DNA of 64,000 nt from the human T2T-CHM13v2.0 reference genome, Homo sapiens, in NCBI RefSeq assembly GCF_009914755.1, contig NC_060925.1; one strand, written 5' to 3'. How positions within the stretch are numbered: position 1 is the first letter of the stretch; every line of letters begins with the position of its first letter. Below are positions 43,325-57,535 of the stretch, in pieces. The translations under genes were made by a program, and so were the position numbers. The notes beneath the pieces were generated by a model. The model was given only the letters and a program-made list of their open reading frames with translations, made no database searches and was not told the DNA's origin.

Positions 43325-43692
43325 CTTTTTTTAAAAAATTTTCAACTTTTATTTTAGATCAGGGGTACATGTGCAGGTTTGTTACATGGATATATTACAT
43401 GATTCTGAGATTTGGGGTGTGATTGATCCCATCACCCAGGTAGTGAGCATAGTACCCAATAGGTAGTTTTTCAACCCTTGACCTTCTCTCTCTCTTCCCC
43501 CATAGTAGTTCCCAGTGTCTATTGTTGCCGTCTTTCTGTCCACGAATACCCAGTGTTTAGCTCCCACTTATAAGTGGGAACATGGAGTATTTGGTTTTCT
43601 ATCCCTGCATTCATTTGCTTAGGATAATGGCCTCTAGCAGCATCTATGTTGCTGCAAAGAATATGATTTCATTGTTTTTTATAGCTGCGTGT
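43325..43692 (-). mobile_element. L1PA15/16-type 3'UTR
   Basis: ggggtacatgtgcaggtttgttacatgg...cccatcacccaggtagtgagcatagtacccaataggtag...ctcccacttataagtg. Confidence 0.85.
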
Positions 43693-44141
43693 ATTATCTT
43701 CTTATTCACACAGTTAGGTGAAATCTGATTAATAGATTAATAACTTTGAATTCTAAACATCTACTTGTGATTAAGTGAGAGAGGTTTGTCTTTGCATGGT
43801 CTGTGTGTAAAGGTTTTCCAGGTACATGTGTAATAAGCAAGGCAGTGTTATAACTAGTCTTTTAAAGAAGAACAAATGATTATTGGTAGAAGCACTATTT
43901 CCACAATATCATTCTTGATTACTTGACATTTTTATCTGTTCATGAAAAGAGATCCTGTAAAGCACTTATCTCCAAATCTTTGCCCGTATACCCTTCCATA
44001 AAATTTGAAAATGGTATATACTTTCATCCATCTTTTAACTTAAATATCTAAAAATTTTATGATACATTGAGATGGTTGCAAAGGAGGTAATTTCTGAACA
44101 TATTATAAATAGTACCATTTAAAAATAAAGCTCTTATATTA

Positions 44142-44532
<391 letters not shown>

Positions 44533-45205
44533 TTAAAATTATATAAACAAGCTCTTTAATATACATTTTCATCATTTTTCTCCATTTCACTTCTACACAG
44601 AAGTTCATTCTAAAATAATAATGCTTGAAAACCTTTTATTTATCATTCTACTATACTTTTCTACCTCTACAACAAAACAAAAAAATACATATGTAAATTA
44701 AATGCTGCAAGTGTTTTAAATTTTTTCTGAATTTAGTTATGATTAGCACAGAATTAACCAAAACAACAGAGGAATATTATAAATTTTATGCATAATTATT
44801 AAACTTAAAAAGTAAGTTTTTATTAGAATCACATTTATTGGTAAGCTGAGTGGCACTTTTTCTCAACTGCTTCTTGCATCCCATGAGTGAATTATTTATT
44901 GCTAGAATGAGACAGGGTGTAGTATCCATTCTATTTCTATTTGTTATTTTTACAGATAGAAACATTGAGAAGCTGTGTTCACATAAGTAAGTAGGTAGGA
45001 ATGGAATTCATAGCATTGACACTCAAGTTTAAACTATTTCATAGATATAAGACGAAGATAACATAGCCATTTACCATAAAGATATTTTAAACGATCTATC
45101 AGCTGACAATTCAGTTACGTCCTTCCATTCTGTTGAAAGCAAAGAATTGAACACCACATGACTTGCACATAGATTTATTTCCCAGTCATTAGAAATTAGG
45201 AGTGC

Positions 45206-45602
<397 letters not shown>

Positions 45603-46129
45603 TGGGGTTGTTCCTTTGTAGCACAGAGATTTCTCCACCTTGGAGCAGTGCCCCAGGGTAAGTCTGGCCAGCAGTGAGATGTGATTTTCTTCTGTGAGGT
45701 GGGAGAATGGACCTAATGAGGGAACAGGAGGGAGAGGAGGACCATAAGGAGGAGTCGTCACACATATTTACTTTTGGAAAGTATACTTATCATAGTTGAG
45801 GATCTGTAATTGATTCTTTAAAATCCTTTGGAAAGCCCTCAAATAGTATACCAATTCGAAAACTGCTGTTATAAAGATTTCTGCCAAGTATCATCATTTG
45901 TTAACTTGACAATAGAGCTTTTTTTTTTTTCTCAGAAGACCTATTAATATCTGTAAGAGCCAACATTCTTGGAATACTCCCTGGGAAATGCTACTTTAAA
46001 GGTTTGATTAATAAATCTTAATTGGCTCCCCAATTAGATAATAAAATCTACACCTGTGAGCCAGAGGTTGTTGAAGTTGTAGGAGAACATATATAATGAT
46101 GATGATGACCATATTGATAGCTATTATTG

Positions 46130-46630
46130 ATTATGTTAGTTTCAAATAGCAGAGACCTAACAAACACAGGTGAATACCAGCAATGAGGTACTTGTCTCAC
46201 ACAACAATAAACTCCTGGCCAGGTGGCCCTGGAGTAAAACAGAAGCTCAACAATGTCATCAAGCACCCTAGCTCTTTCTCTCCTGCCACTTCATCAGCCT
46301 TAGCCTGTGAACCTTGTGCTTGTTGCCTCATGACATCAAGATGGCTGTTCTACCTCCAGCCTCGCAGTTAAGTTCCAGGCAAGAAGAGAGAGGGGGGCAG
46401 ACAGAGAGAGGAGCAAGGACTTGCTGCTCAGAAGCTTTGCCTTTTTATTTGGAAAAGTCAAGGACAGGTATTTATGTCTCATTGGTCATAGCTGGGTTTT
46501 GTGGCCAACCCCAGCTGCAGGGAAGCTGGGAGTTTGGGTATTTCCTCTTTGACCCTTGCTAGTAGAGAAAAGCAAAGAAGACGGTGTTTGAGAATAGATG
46601 TTGAATGAACCAGTTTACAGGATCTGTCAC
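46130..46630 (-). mobile_element. Old MLT1 (J/K/L-type) LTR
   Basis: ctcaacaatgtcatcaag...catcaagatggctg...tatgtctcattggtc...cagctgcagggaagctggg. Confidence 0.55.
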
Positions 46631-47479
46631 ATCCTTCTATTCTGAGCTAGACATTTTACACATATTATGTTTATTATAACAATCCTATGTGATAGGCTTA
46701 TTATCCCCATTTTTCAGACAAGGAAATGAAAATTCACTGAGGTAAAGTAACCTCACAAGGTACCATAACTGATTTGTGTGAAAAAACTGGGATTGGAACA
46801 GTTCTTCTGATACTAAAGTCTGTGCTTTCCATCTCTGACCACCGCATGGGCCATTTTGCTCTACATCCTGATACATTCCATGTCCTTCATAGTGCGAGAC
46901 CTAGAAAGTTCTGTTGGAGTGCAGAGACTCCCAAAGCCTGTGCCAAGTGCAGAGGAGTGGGGTGGGAATGAGAGAATAGGAAAGGCTTCCTTTGCCCCTC
47001 TTCCCCTCTCCCACGTACCTTAATCTTGACAAAAGCGGGTCACGGGAGGGAAGGGCAGGGAAGGAAGCAGCAGCTCTCCACTGGGAACAGGCCACCGGGG
47101 CTCCTTTTCTGACTCTGACTCTGGATTTTTAAGTCACCTGGACTCTGCAGGCCTCAGTCTGTCCACCTTGCTCTTCAGAGTGCATTTCCGTGATTTAAGA
47201 CAGTGGAGAGACTGCAGAATTGTGGTCTAGTGAGAAGTGAGTGTGATCACTCCTGAGGCAGCGTCCCCATGCTCTGGAAGCTGTACCTGAGAATCCACCT
47301 GGCACAAGACACCTTTCCTGCCCCTCCCCTCCCCTCAAGCCCACCATGGGCTCAGAGATAATTTCATTTCAGGGGCTCTGGGCTGTTGTGACCTAACAAG
47401 TCATGACTGATGAAGCAAGGGAGCTCCAGAAACTCCACGTGAGGGCACAGACCTCCAAAACTTTCCGGAATTCAACTGC

Positions 47480-48575
47480 TTCTCACCAGTGTTAGTCTGG
47501 TCCAAGCCAGCATTGTCTTCCACTTAGATGACTGTAATGGCCTTCTATTGGTTCTCCCTGCAGCCACTTTGCCCTACAGCCTATTTGCCACAGAGCATCC
47601 AGGGTGATCACATGAATGCCTCAGACAGGCCGTGATGTCCTCTGCCTCAATCCAACAGCAGCATCCCTTTTCTTTCAAAGTAAAAGCCAAAGTTTTGACA
47701 AAGGGCTTCTAAGGCCATACACAATCTGCATGCTGTTCCTCACCTTCCCTGCCCCTCCCCCCGTACCTTTCCAACCTCACTTTCTACCTCTTTCACTCTC
47801 TAAGACATCTTCCTGCCTCAGGGCCTTTGCACAGATTATTCTTTCTGTTGAGATCATTCTTCTCTCAGAGATTCAACTGGCTCTCTCATCTCCTTGAAGG
47901 CTTTTCTCAAAATGCCACCTTCTCATTGAGGCCACAGCAACTATCCTGATTTAAAAATTCCACCCTCCACTTCTTCCCCCAACACAGCCAATCCTCCTTA
48001 CCCTCCTCTGCTTTTTCCATGGCACTCATCCCTTTCTAATATGGTATGTAACTGATTTATTTATTTAGCCTATAGACTGCTTCCTGCCATGTGGCAGAAA
48101 CAATAACACTCACCAAATATTCCATGTGCTTCCTCACATTTGCTAGTTTTTTTGTTGTAGGCGAGGCCATGTGATTAGTCCTGAGAGAAAGCATTGTGAG
48201 TCATTTCCAAGCTGCAGTACCTACAAGCCCATGGGAAGTTCTTCGGTTTCTCTTTCCTCTGCCATCACAACTAAGGAACCTCAGATGAAACCTCTTGGGC
48301 CCCTGAGTCACTGCATGGAAGACAATTGCCTTGTAGAATCACAATGGATTTTGTGTAAAAGAGAAATAAATAAAGCATTGTTTTGTTAAGCCACTGATAC
48401 TCTGCACTTATTAATACAGCATAACTTAGACTTCCCTGACAAATATACCCCATTAGAATATAGGGTCCATGAGACCAGGATTGTTGTCTGTTTTGTTCTC
48501 TGATATATTTTGAGCACATGGATCAGTGCCTGGCACATAATAATCCCTCAGTAGATTTGTTGAATAAATGAATAG
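47480..48575 (+). mobile_element. L2a 3' region with an MLT1J-type LTR inside (about 48090-48440)
   Basis: cctgcctcagggcctttgcac; ends cagtgcctggcacataa...ttgttgaataaatgaat; LTR part gggcccctgagtcactgcatgg...gttaagccactga. Confidence 0.7.
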
Positions 48576-49039
48576 ACTTCTGGACACAGGCCAGCATCCC
48601 TGACCCAGTCCAGTTTCTAGCTTCCTCTGGTTTGTAACAAATTCCCAGGACCTATGCTTGAAAGCTCCTTATAAGTAGGGAATAAATCGCAGTCATCTTG
48701 TATTGTCCCCAGTTTCATAAGGCCTTGTACATTGTTACTATTCAGTAAATATGGACTGTCTGACTGAATGACTGATAGAAATAACTGAGTACTAGCCCAA
48801 CTCTCTCCTGCGGTCCTCAGGTTGAAAGCTCTCAGCAGGAGAAGGAGGATGGCCAGTTCTAGTTCACGTACTACTACAGTTTCAGCACAGAATATTGCTT
48901 CACCAAGAAAACTAAGGCTGTTTTGCCTGATCCCCTTCAGTGCCTCACTCTCTGACCTAAAATCTGCCCTCTCTCTGTCCCTGTGCTCATGCCTTCACTG
49001 CCCTCATCCTGTTCAAGGGCAGTCCTTGTGACTAAGCAG

Positions 49040-50530
49040 GGTGCACTATTCTTTTCAGATTTCTACCTCCCATTCATACCTCAGGCCAATATTTTCTGAC
49101 CTCTAACACCACAGTTGTACTGAGCTTCCTCTCGGTGATGGCACCCAAGACCTCCTGATTGCCAAACGCAGTGGGATTTTTTTTATGGTGTGATGCACTG
49201 GAGACCTTCAGCTAATCTCCTTGTCACCTGCTACTACTTTGGCTCCCATGGCACCATCCTTTCCAGGTTCTGCTTACATCTCCTTGGCCATTCCTGTGCC
49301 TCCGTGGGCTTTTTTTCCTCTGCTCAGTCCTTCAGGGTCCTCCAGGATTCCTCCTCAGCTCACTGCTCTGGGCACTTGACACACTTTCCTCATGGTTTCA
49401 ACAACCTCCTGGATACTGATGATTGCCAAATCTTTGTCTCCAGCCCCAGTCTCTCTCCAGAACTTTAGATGATTTACATATGTGCCACCTGGACAGACCC
49501 ACCTGGAGGTCCCATGACTTGGGTGTCTCTTATGCACCCTCTCATATCCTCTTGGCCTCATTTCTGAGTCCATTAGTGGCTCTGGCAAGCGGTTCTACCC
49601 TGGCTATGACTCAATTTACACAGACAGTAACTTTTTTCAACAATTGGCTTAGACCACGCTTCGTGCCTTGGGGCTTCTCTGATGCCCCTGGATGCCTAGT
49701 CATTCTGGTTGCCTGTGGAAATGCCTAACACTTGGGCGTGTGCAACCCAGATTGGGGGTGGGGGTTGGGATAACACTTCATGTGGAATCAGGATTACTGA
49801 AGTACAAGAATCAGTGGATAACCGCTTCTCCCTCTTATCTCTCTCAGGTGGACAGTCCTGAAATGCAGCGTAAATGCTTCTTGGAGGCCCCAGGGGTCCA
49901 GCATCACTGTCCTGTGGCAGTGACCAATATGATACACATCCATTACTGGCTTTCCATTTTTCCATTTTCCTTTATCCCACCCTCCCTGATCCCTCTCTCC
50001 TGTTCTTGGGATCACTTCCCAGATAAATGACCCATGCAAAAACCTTTGTCCCAGGCCTTCCTTTGAGGGAATCAAGGATAAAATATCCTTTAGGCCCCTC
50101 TATCTCAATATGTCTAAAGCAGGACTCTTCATCTTGCCCTCAATCCAACTCTTCTTCTTCTACTCTTACCCCAATCAGTCATCAAAGCTAAAAACTGGAG
50201 ACTCACCTTTTCCCTCTTTTTCATCTTGATTTCAAGTCAATCCTGAATCTGCCCCTCTACTCCTTTCCTCAGACCACCTCACCTAAGCTGCGGCCTCCTC
50301 TCAGTTCTCTCTGCCTCTCCTCCAATCCTCTCAAATCCATCCTACACCCAACCGCCAGCGTGAAATATCTCAAGCGCAAATTTTTGCCACGGTGTCCTTT
50401 ACTTAAGCCCCATCAAAGGTTCTGCTGGTAGGATAAAACCCAAGCACCTTGTTATGACATGGGGCCTCCTGGAACCTGCCCTTTGCCCACCTCTTCAGCA
50501 TCATGGCTGAACTGCTTATGCTTTCCAGCA
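49040..50530 (+). mobile_element. L2 RT-region fossil interrupted by an LTR16
   Basis: gacctcctgattgccaaac...ccatggtttcaac...ctcaatatgtctaaagc. Confidence 0.6.
49580..50085 (+). mobile_element. LTR16-type ERVL LTR
   Basis: gggatcacttcccagataaatgacccatgc...aggccttcctttgagggaa is the LTR16 3' signature. Confidence 0.65.
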
Positions 50531-52723
50531 CCGTTCCCATTGTGCACTCACCAGAGAGGAAGAAAATGCTCATTTTGAAGAGAACTTTTATGTTGTCTGC
50601 TGTGGAGCATCCCAACAGCATAGCTTCTATGAAGACAGTGTTGGAAGAGCTATTCTCTAGACTTTTGCATCTACAGGGTCTTTCTGGACTCATAGCTTCA
50701 CAATACACAGATCACAGGACAGTCAGGATGAGGGCTGGAAAAACTACTGGAGGTAGAGTCAGCACACCTGTGTTCCAGGCCTGCTGTGACACTTGCTAGC
50801 TGTGGGACCCTGGGTAAATTTCCTGGTTTCTGTATTCACAAAGTGGGAAAATGCCATCTAATTGCCACAGGGTGTGTGATGAGCACATAAAAGTAATAAT
50901 GATATTGATGATGATCATGATGGCTAACATTTATTGAGCACTTACCAGCAAGGCAATGGCAATAAAGAAGGTACCCGGTAAGCAGTTCATGGCTCTGCTG
51001 CTAACTTAGTAATGTTTTCTCAGTAAGTCATTTCCTGTGTCTTGATTTCAGTCTCACCCTGCAAGCAGTGGAGTTGAACTAGTTCAGGGCTTTTGACTGG
51101 GAGGTCACTAATATCCTTGATAAGATAAAGTTCTCAGTTTATGAGCTAGCACACTGAGCTATTGCCTGTCCTAAAGTGGGCTGAGCATCCATCAGTTTTT
51201 AGCTCTGACATGCTCATTGGGATGCACACAGTGTGTTGAAGGTAACCTCACCAGCCTCCTTCCCCTGTGTATTGGGGAGAAAAGAAATGACTGTGTCCTG
51301 AGCAAGAAAGTTAGAGATGCTGAATCTCTTGCACTTTTTTTTTTTTTTTTGCCCAGCACACAGTAACAATGAGGGTAATTCTGCCAAAAAACAACTTTTC
51401 TTGGCATGCATTGTGCTGTTCACATCCATGGAATTTATTGTCATATCACTGCCAAGTTGGACAAATTATTATCAGAGCCAAGTCAAATCCAAGGACAGCT
51501 TAAGGCCTGCCATCTCTTTGCATGATGTCCAAGCTTCTCTTGTGGCCTCCTCACCCCCTGTGGCTTCTGCACACCTTCCTGAGGGCCTGGTAACAAGGAA
51601 GACGGATGCTGGTACTCTGATCCTTCACCACTCAGCTCTAAAATGATGCCTTTGCTATAACTGGAGGGTTTTGTTTCATTTGTTCATTTGTTTCCTCCCA
51701 TCCTTCAATACATTATTATTTCCCTGTTTGAAGTGAAAATGTGATGGAGTAAATATATTGACTCTTTTCTCTGTTCTGTTACTACCAAAGTCACACTCCC
51801 CATTTTTGACTCATTTCTTTTCATATTTGATTATTTTCTGACTAGTTTCTGATCATATTTACATGATTTTCAATAATCTGCTGCTTCCTACATAATTGAG
51901 TGGACAGAATAAAAATCCCAAAGTGGGTGTGAATTGGAAGACAGTTATCCAGCCATGGTGAGGGGAGTGAAAATGCATCCATGCCAAAGAAGACACAAAC
52001 TGGGCAGAGTGATTGTCCCCTTATTTCTCCGAAAGCCAGGGGTTTGTAGAAGAGCATTCCTGGGTGTGTTTCCTGATGGGGAGAGCTAAGGGCAGAGAAT
52101 CTAGGATAACACTTGGCCTTCATCCATTCCATGACACGTCACACCTTTGGCATCTATTTGGCTGTTGGTAGGAAGGGGGAAAGGTGAGATGAAGAAAGAG
52201 GAGATTTGCCACCTCTGACTTCCCCTCATGACTCCCAGGTCATATTAGCACTAACACTAGTTATATTTTAAAGTGTCTTATTTGTTTATGTCACAAATAA
52301 TGATTGAGAGCACACTATGTATATGCCAAGCTCTGTACTAGACACTGGAGACACAATGCAAAGCAGCCATACTCCCTGCTCTTTGAGGTATTCACAATGT
52401 GGTACATGCAATAAGACAATCAGATGTGGAAAGTGTCCAGTGAGTTCTGTAGAATATGGCCCACTTAGATCTCTTATTTACAGTATTGTGGCTGGTATAA
52501 TTTAATTATTTGAGTAATTATTTGTTAGTGTTGGTCTTCCATTTTTGACTAAAAATCCCATAAGGACAAGGATTCCATTACCACTGTAAGTCCTAGCATA
52601 ATGCCTAGCCTATGAGGAAGAGCTCAATAAACATTTATGAAGAAGGAAAGGAGAGGAGAGGAGGGAAGAATGGAGGGAGGGAAGGAGAAGGTGGGATGAA
52701 ATAGAAAGAAAAGAAAGAGAAAT

Positions 52724-52873
52724 CAGTTGTAGTGGTTCACTCCTGTAATCCCAGTGACTTCGGAGGCTGAGGCAGGAAGATTGCTTGAGCCTCATTGCTT
52801 GAGGAGTTTGAGGTTGCAATGAGCCGTGATTGCATCACTGCACTCCAGTTTGAGTGACAGAGTGAGACCCTGT
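52724..52873 (+). mobile_element. FRAM/FAM Alu monomer
   Basis: cctgtaatcccag...ggaggctgaggcaggaagattgcttgag...cactgcactccag...gtgagaccctgt. Confidence 0.85.
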
Positions 52874-52997
52874 GGAGAAAGAAAGAAAGGCAGGAAGAAA
52901 GTAAGAAATAAGGGAAAGAAAGAATGAGAAAGAGGAAGAAAGAAAGAAAGAGAGAGAGAAAAGAAGAAAGAAAGAAAAGAAAGAAAGAAAGAAAGAA

Positions 52998-53068
<71 letters not shown>

Positions 53069-53147
53069 GAGGGGAGAGAAAGAAAGAAAATGAGAGATAG
53101 GAAAGGAGAGGGAAGAAGATGGAAGGGAAGGAGAGGAAAGGAGAAAG
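52874..53147. repeat. (GAAA)n microsatellite within a polypurine tract
   Basis: Pure gaaa run at about 52997-53067 inside about 270 nt of nearly pure A/G. Confidence 0.97.
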
Positions 53148-55481
53148 GTAGATTAGTGTCCTGGAAGAAGGGTGAAAGGACACTGTGAATAAACTCTGGG
53201 CGTGTAGAGGGAAGCTGGGTACTGAGAAGGCAAGGAAATGGATCTAAGTGAGAGGAGGTCAAGGCGGCAGGCACTAGGTGTATAGGAAGTGGATGTTTCA
53301 TCTGGGAAAATTCCATGGCAGAATAAAGGCAGGTGGCTGTGCAGAGCCTGGGAACTTGTCATAAAGTGCACTCTCTGTCTGGCTGGGAGGGGTCCTGACT
53401 GCGGAGAGCCACACCTCTGGCTGCACCTGGGAATCCCTGACCTAGGGCTGATGCTGTGCCAGGTGGGGCAGAGAACTCTGGACTCTGGACTCAAACAGAC
53501 CTGATTTGCCTCTAGCCTGTGCTGTTAATAACCTAAAGTTTCTCTGAAGAGCTGTTGAGGTGATGAGCTGTGCTGGAAGAACCTGGCCAATGCCTTCTGG
53601 TGGAGGCAGGCCTGGGCTCTCTTCATAAAGAAGCATTTTGTTTTAGCTAATTGATCCCTATGGACCATTGTTCTAGTTTACTATTTCTCGTCCTTAGCTA
53701 TATTCACACTATAATTACACCTTTCTCACCGTTTCTTAGAAGCCTTCTATTTCAAATAGAACTGTGGTCTTACCTATAAAAACCACATTTCCCAAATACA
53801 GATTGTGATCGATAGTCACAAGGGCACTTACAGGGAAAACTCTGGAAAAATGAACAGCACTGCCAAAGGGTGTAATATGTGCACAGCCTCATGCTGAGTG
53901 CTTGCATTGCAATATTCCATCCAGTCTTTGTAGCAGCCCTGAGGGGCAGGTGCTATTGTTATCCCCAGTTGACAGGGAAGGAAATGAGGCCCAAGCAGGC
54001 TCCAGTCACCTCTCCGCAGTCTCTCAACCACATGTGGTGGAAACAGGACCCACAAGCAGGGCTGACTCTCTTGGTCAGGCCTAGACACTCCAGCCCCAAG
54101 CCAGGCCAAGGCGATGCAGGCCCCAGTGGCAATGAGCTGCGGTTTTAGAAGAAAAGTCGACAAACGATTTCTACCCTAATCGTTACATCTATTTTTAAAG
54201 CTTCTTTCTTTTATTTTGATAAGTGGTTGTCATTTTTCATAGACTATAAGTATGTAAAGTTTTATTTAATTAATTTCGAAAGTGAACTTTTAAAAAAGAA
54301 GTGTTCTGTAATGGTTTAGCGGACATATGGATACAGGGATAGTGAAGATGAATACAGGTGATGATCTGGGGAAACTCAGGCCGCCCTCAGGGCTGATTTT
54401 GATCTTTGCTATTGGACTCTGTGACACTGTCAGTCTGCCAACCCTCATGGGACATGCCACTGGGGTTTGTTGCATCTTACTGGGCTTTGCCTAATCGGTC
54501 TTGCCTGTGTGGGTCTGTCTGGTCTCTCGGGTCATGGCTGTGCCCCATCTTGACAGAATAAATATCAGGAACTAGGTAAAAGGTGATTTGGCAAATATCA
54601 GGAAATGAAATATCTTCAGCTGCAATTGGCACAGGACACACAAGGGCTTGCTGGGAAGCGACATGAAAGATGAGGGTCCCCTCTGTCCTCTGCACAAGAC
54701 CTGGGGCAAGGGCAAGTCAGGAGAGGCATGTACACACAGAGAGAGGATCTCTGGAGGGAAAGGGCTGTTGTATTTACCAGGAGGCTGCAGCCTCAGAGAT
54801 TTCCTGCTGTCACAGTGAAAGCAACCTGCTTCAGGCCTGTATAACTATCGTTCTGACCTTTACGCTTTCTGTAGGCATGAAGCCTCATACTTTCTAGGTA
54901 CTCATTAAAATTGTTCTGAATTCACTCCCCTTGCCACTGCACTTGGGAGAGAACATTCTACGTAGAGGACCACAATTAGAGTTGATTAGGCACCCAGCTC
55001 TGTTCCTCCACTACCGAAAACTAGATATGCAGCAATCTACTTCCTAATGATTACTGGGAGTTTCTTTTGCATAACGCAGTTCTCCCAGGACCACTCCCTG
55101 AGTGAATGGATAATCAGGTCCCAGACCTGCAAGGCTTTAACCAGTTCTTGGACAAAACTATATAAACCTATCATCTCCTAAAGTATCCCTGCTGCTTCTC
55201 ACTCCCTACCCACCCCATAGCTGACTAGGTGGAAAAACTATTTTTGTGCAGTCCACTCAAAAGCAATAGTCCTCTTATGTTAAAGATTGTTAAGCTGTAA
55301 GATTTAACAACATGTCAATAATGCCAAATAACTTGGCTTATTGATATGAAAGTCGTATGTCCCTTGTGTTTGTGTTCAAGGTAAGGAGAAGTTAATAGAC
55401 TGAGCAAATATTTTTGAGCAGATAATTTCTGCTGCTTTAATAAACAGTATGTTTAAGAATGAGGGCTTTAGAATGACACTA

Positions 55482-55768
<287 letters not shown>

Positions 55769-56449
55769 GAATCACACTAATTTTAGTTCAAGTTTCTGCT
55801 CTGCCAATTAGCTGTGGCAATTTGGGCAAGTTACTTTCCCTCTCTGAATCTGTTTCTTTATCTGGACATGGGAACACTGTCCCTGGGGTCCCATGGAGCA
55901 GAGACTCTTTTAGGCTCACTCTGGTAATGAGGTTTTGATGAGGCCTCATGAGGGTTAGGCATCCCATGAAAGCTGAGAGTAGGAACCATTCTGCGGAGCA
56001 GGGCATGGGGGCCTTTCAGAGACTGGAACTGGGCCCCAGGGCAGGAATGTGTGGATCTTTACTCTAGTGCTCACCACCCATGTGACTATTAATACCACTC
56101 TCCAAGTGTTGGCCTCCCCTTGATCTGCTTCTCTTTCCTTCATGAAGTAGTTTCTCTCCCTCACCCCAGGTATCCTTTCTCTCCCTCATGGCTTTGGCTT
56201 ACTCACGTCCATGACTTAACTCATGACCTCAACGCACTCAGGCTCGCCATGGACTCTCTGGCTTCTCATCTTTCAACTTCAGTTTCTACGGTGAAATAGA
56301 GGAAAACAGGTTTCCTCTATTTTCTCAACTTGAACTTTCTAAAAGCAAGAATTAATGTGGATAAAGCGTTTTGTTTTTTGATACCCTATGAACTGCTGGC
56401 TTGCCAATGGTTGCTGTTGGGCCCCGGGTGCATCCCTGATGCAGTCAGA

Positions 56450-56470
56450 GGTGTGTGTGTGTGTGTGCAC

Positions 56471-56502
<32 letters not shown>
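56450..56502. repeat. Interrupted (TG)n microsatellite
   Basis: Read directly from the sequence. Confidence 0.97.
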
Positions 56503-56959
56503 ATTTGAGGATAATCATATTGGGCAAATCAAAGCCACTGAGGGCAACCTGTTTGTTGAGTGCAGGTGACTGACATGTGCAGTAGCCAAAAAAAAAAAGT
56601 CTCCTAAGGTTGTAGTGAAGATTCAATGAGATAAAACTTGTAGAGGACTTAGCACAGAGCTAGGACACATAGGAAGTGCTAAAAAAAAAAAAGATAGCTG
56701 TTACTCATCTTCTTATTATGTAATTGTTGTTATCATTATTCTAATCTACAACAAGTGCAGACTTGGTTCCAGAGGCACAGGGTAATTTGCAGGCTGTTAA
56801 TAGAAGATGCACTGGGTAATGATTTTCTTCACACAACTAGGTCAACTTCACTAAAGACAGGGAGAGAGACGGGAAATAGAACCTCTCTATGTACACCATC
56901 AACGAATTAAAAAAAGTCCTCAGAGCAAACAAACATTAAGAGTTCCTCACAAAGTTTCC

Positions 56960-57535
56960 CTTTAAAACCACAAATACGATCCTGTGAGCCTACCTAACTC
57001 TTTTAAGGACTTCTCCTTTTTCTTAAAGAAAGACACAAATTCTTTATAAGGCCTTACGTATTCTGCACCCTCTCTCCCGCCGTGCGCGCCACAGACACAC
57101 ACACAGACACACACAGACACACAGACACAGACACACACACACACACACACACACACACTTCCCAGCTTCCTTCTGCACCACAAACACCCTGCTTGGGGAG
57201 CTGCAGCTACGTTGACCGGCTGGCACTTCTGGGACAGCACACCTTGTTCGTGTTGTACACAGGGCTCCACGCCACGCTGTTCGGCCTAGGACACTCTTCT
57301 CCGCACTTCCCCAGCCCTTTCCTTAGTTAACGTCCACTCACCCTTTGTCTCTGTTCAAACAGCAGAGAACCTTTCCCTAGCCCATGGTCTTTTATGATAC
57401 ACACTCAGAGAATCAAATGCATTTTCTTCAGCCCATTATTTTACTGTAATCTGTGTCTGCTTCTCTGACCAGACTGTCAACCTACAGTCCCAAGACCATG
57501 CAGGCACTAAATAAATACCTTTTGATTAAATGAAT
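56960..57535 (+). mobile_element. L2 3' fragment containing a (CA)n
   Basis: Ends accagactgtcaa...gcactaaataaatacctttgattaaatgaat. Confidence 0.55.
57090..57157. repeat. (CA)n/(CAGA) compound microsatellite
   Basis: Read directly from the sequence. Confidence 0.97.

Noticed and set aside
52737-53316. 148- and 174-aa F/L/S-rich hydrophobic ORFs
   Set aside because: They are translations of the (TTTC)n microsatellite and an antisense Alu monomer.
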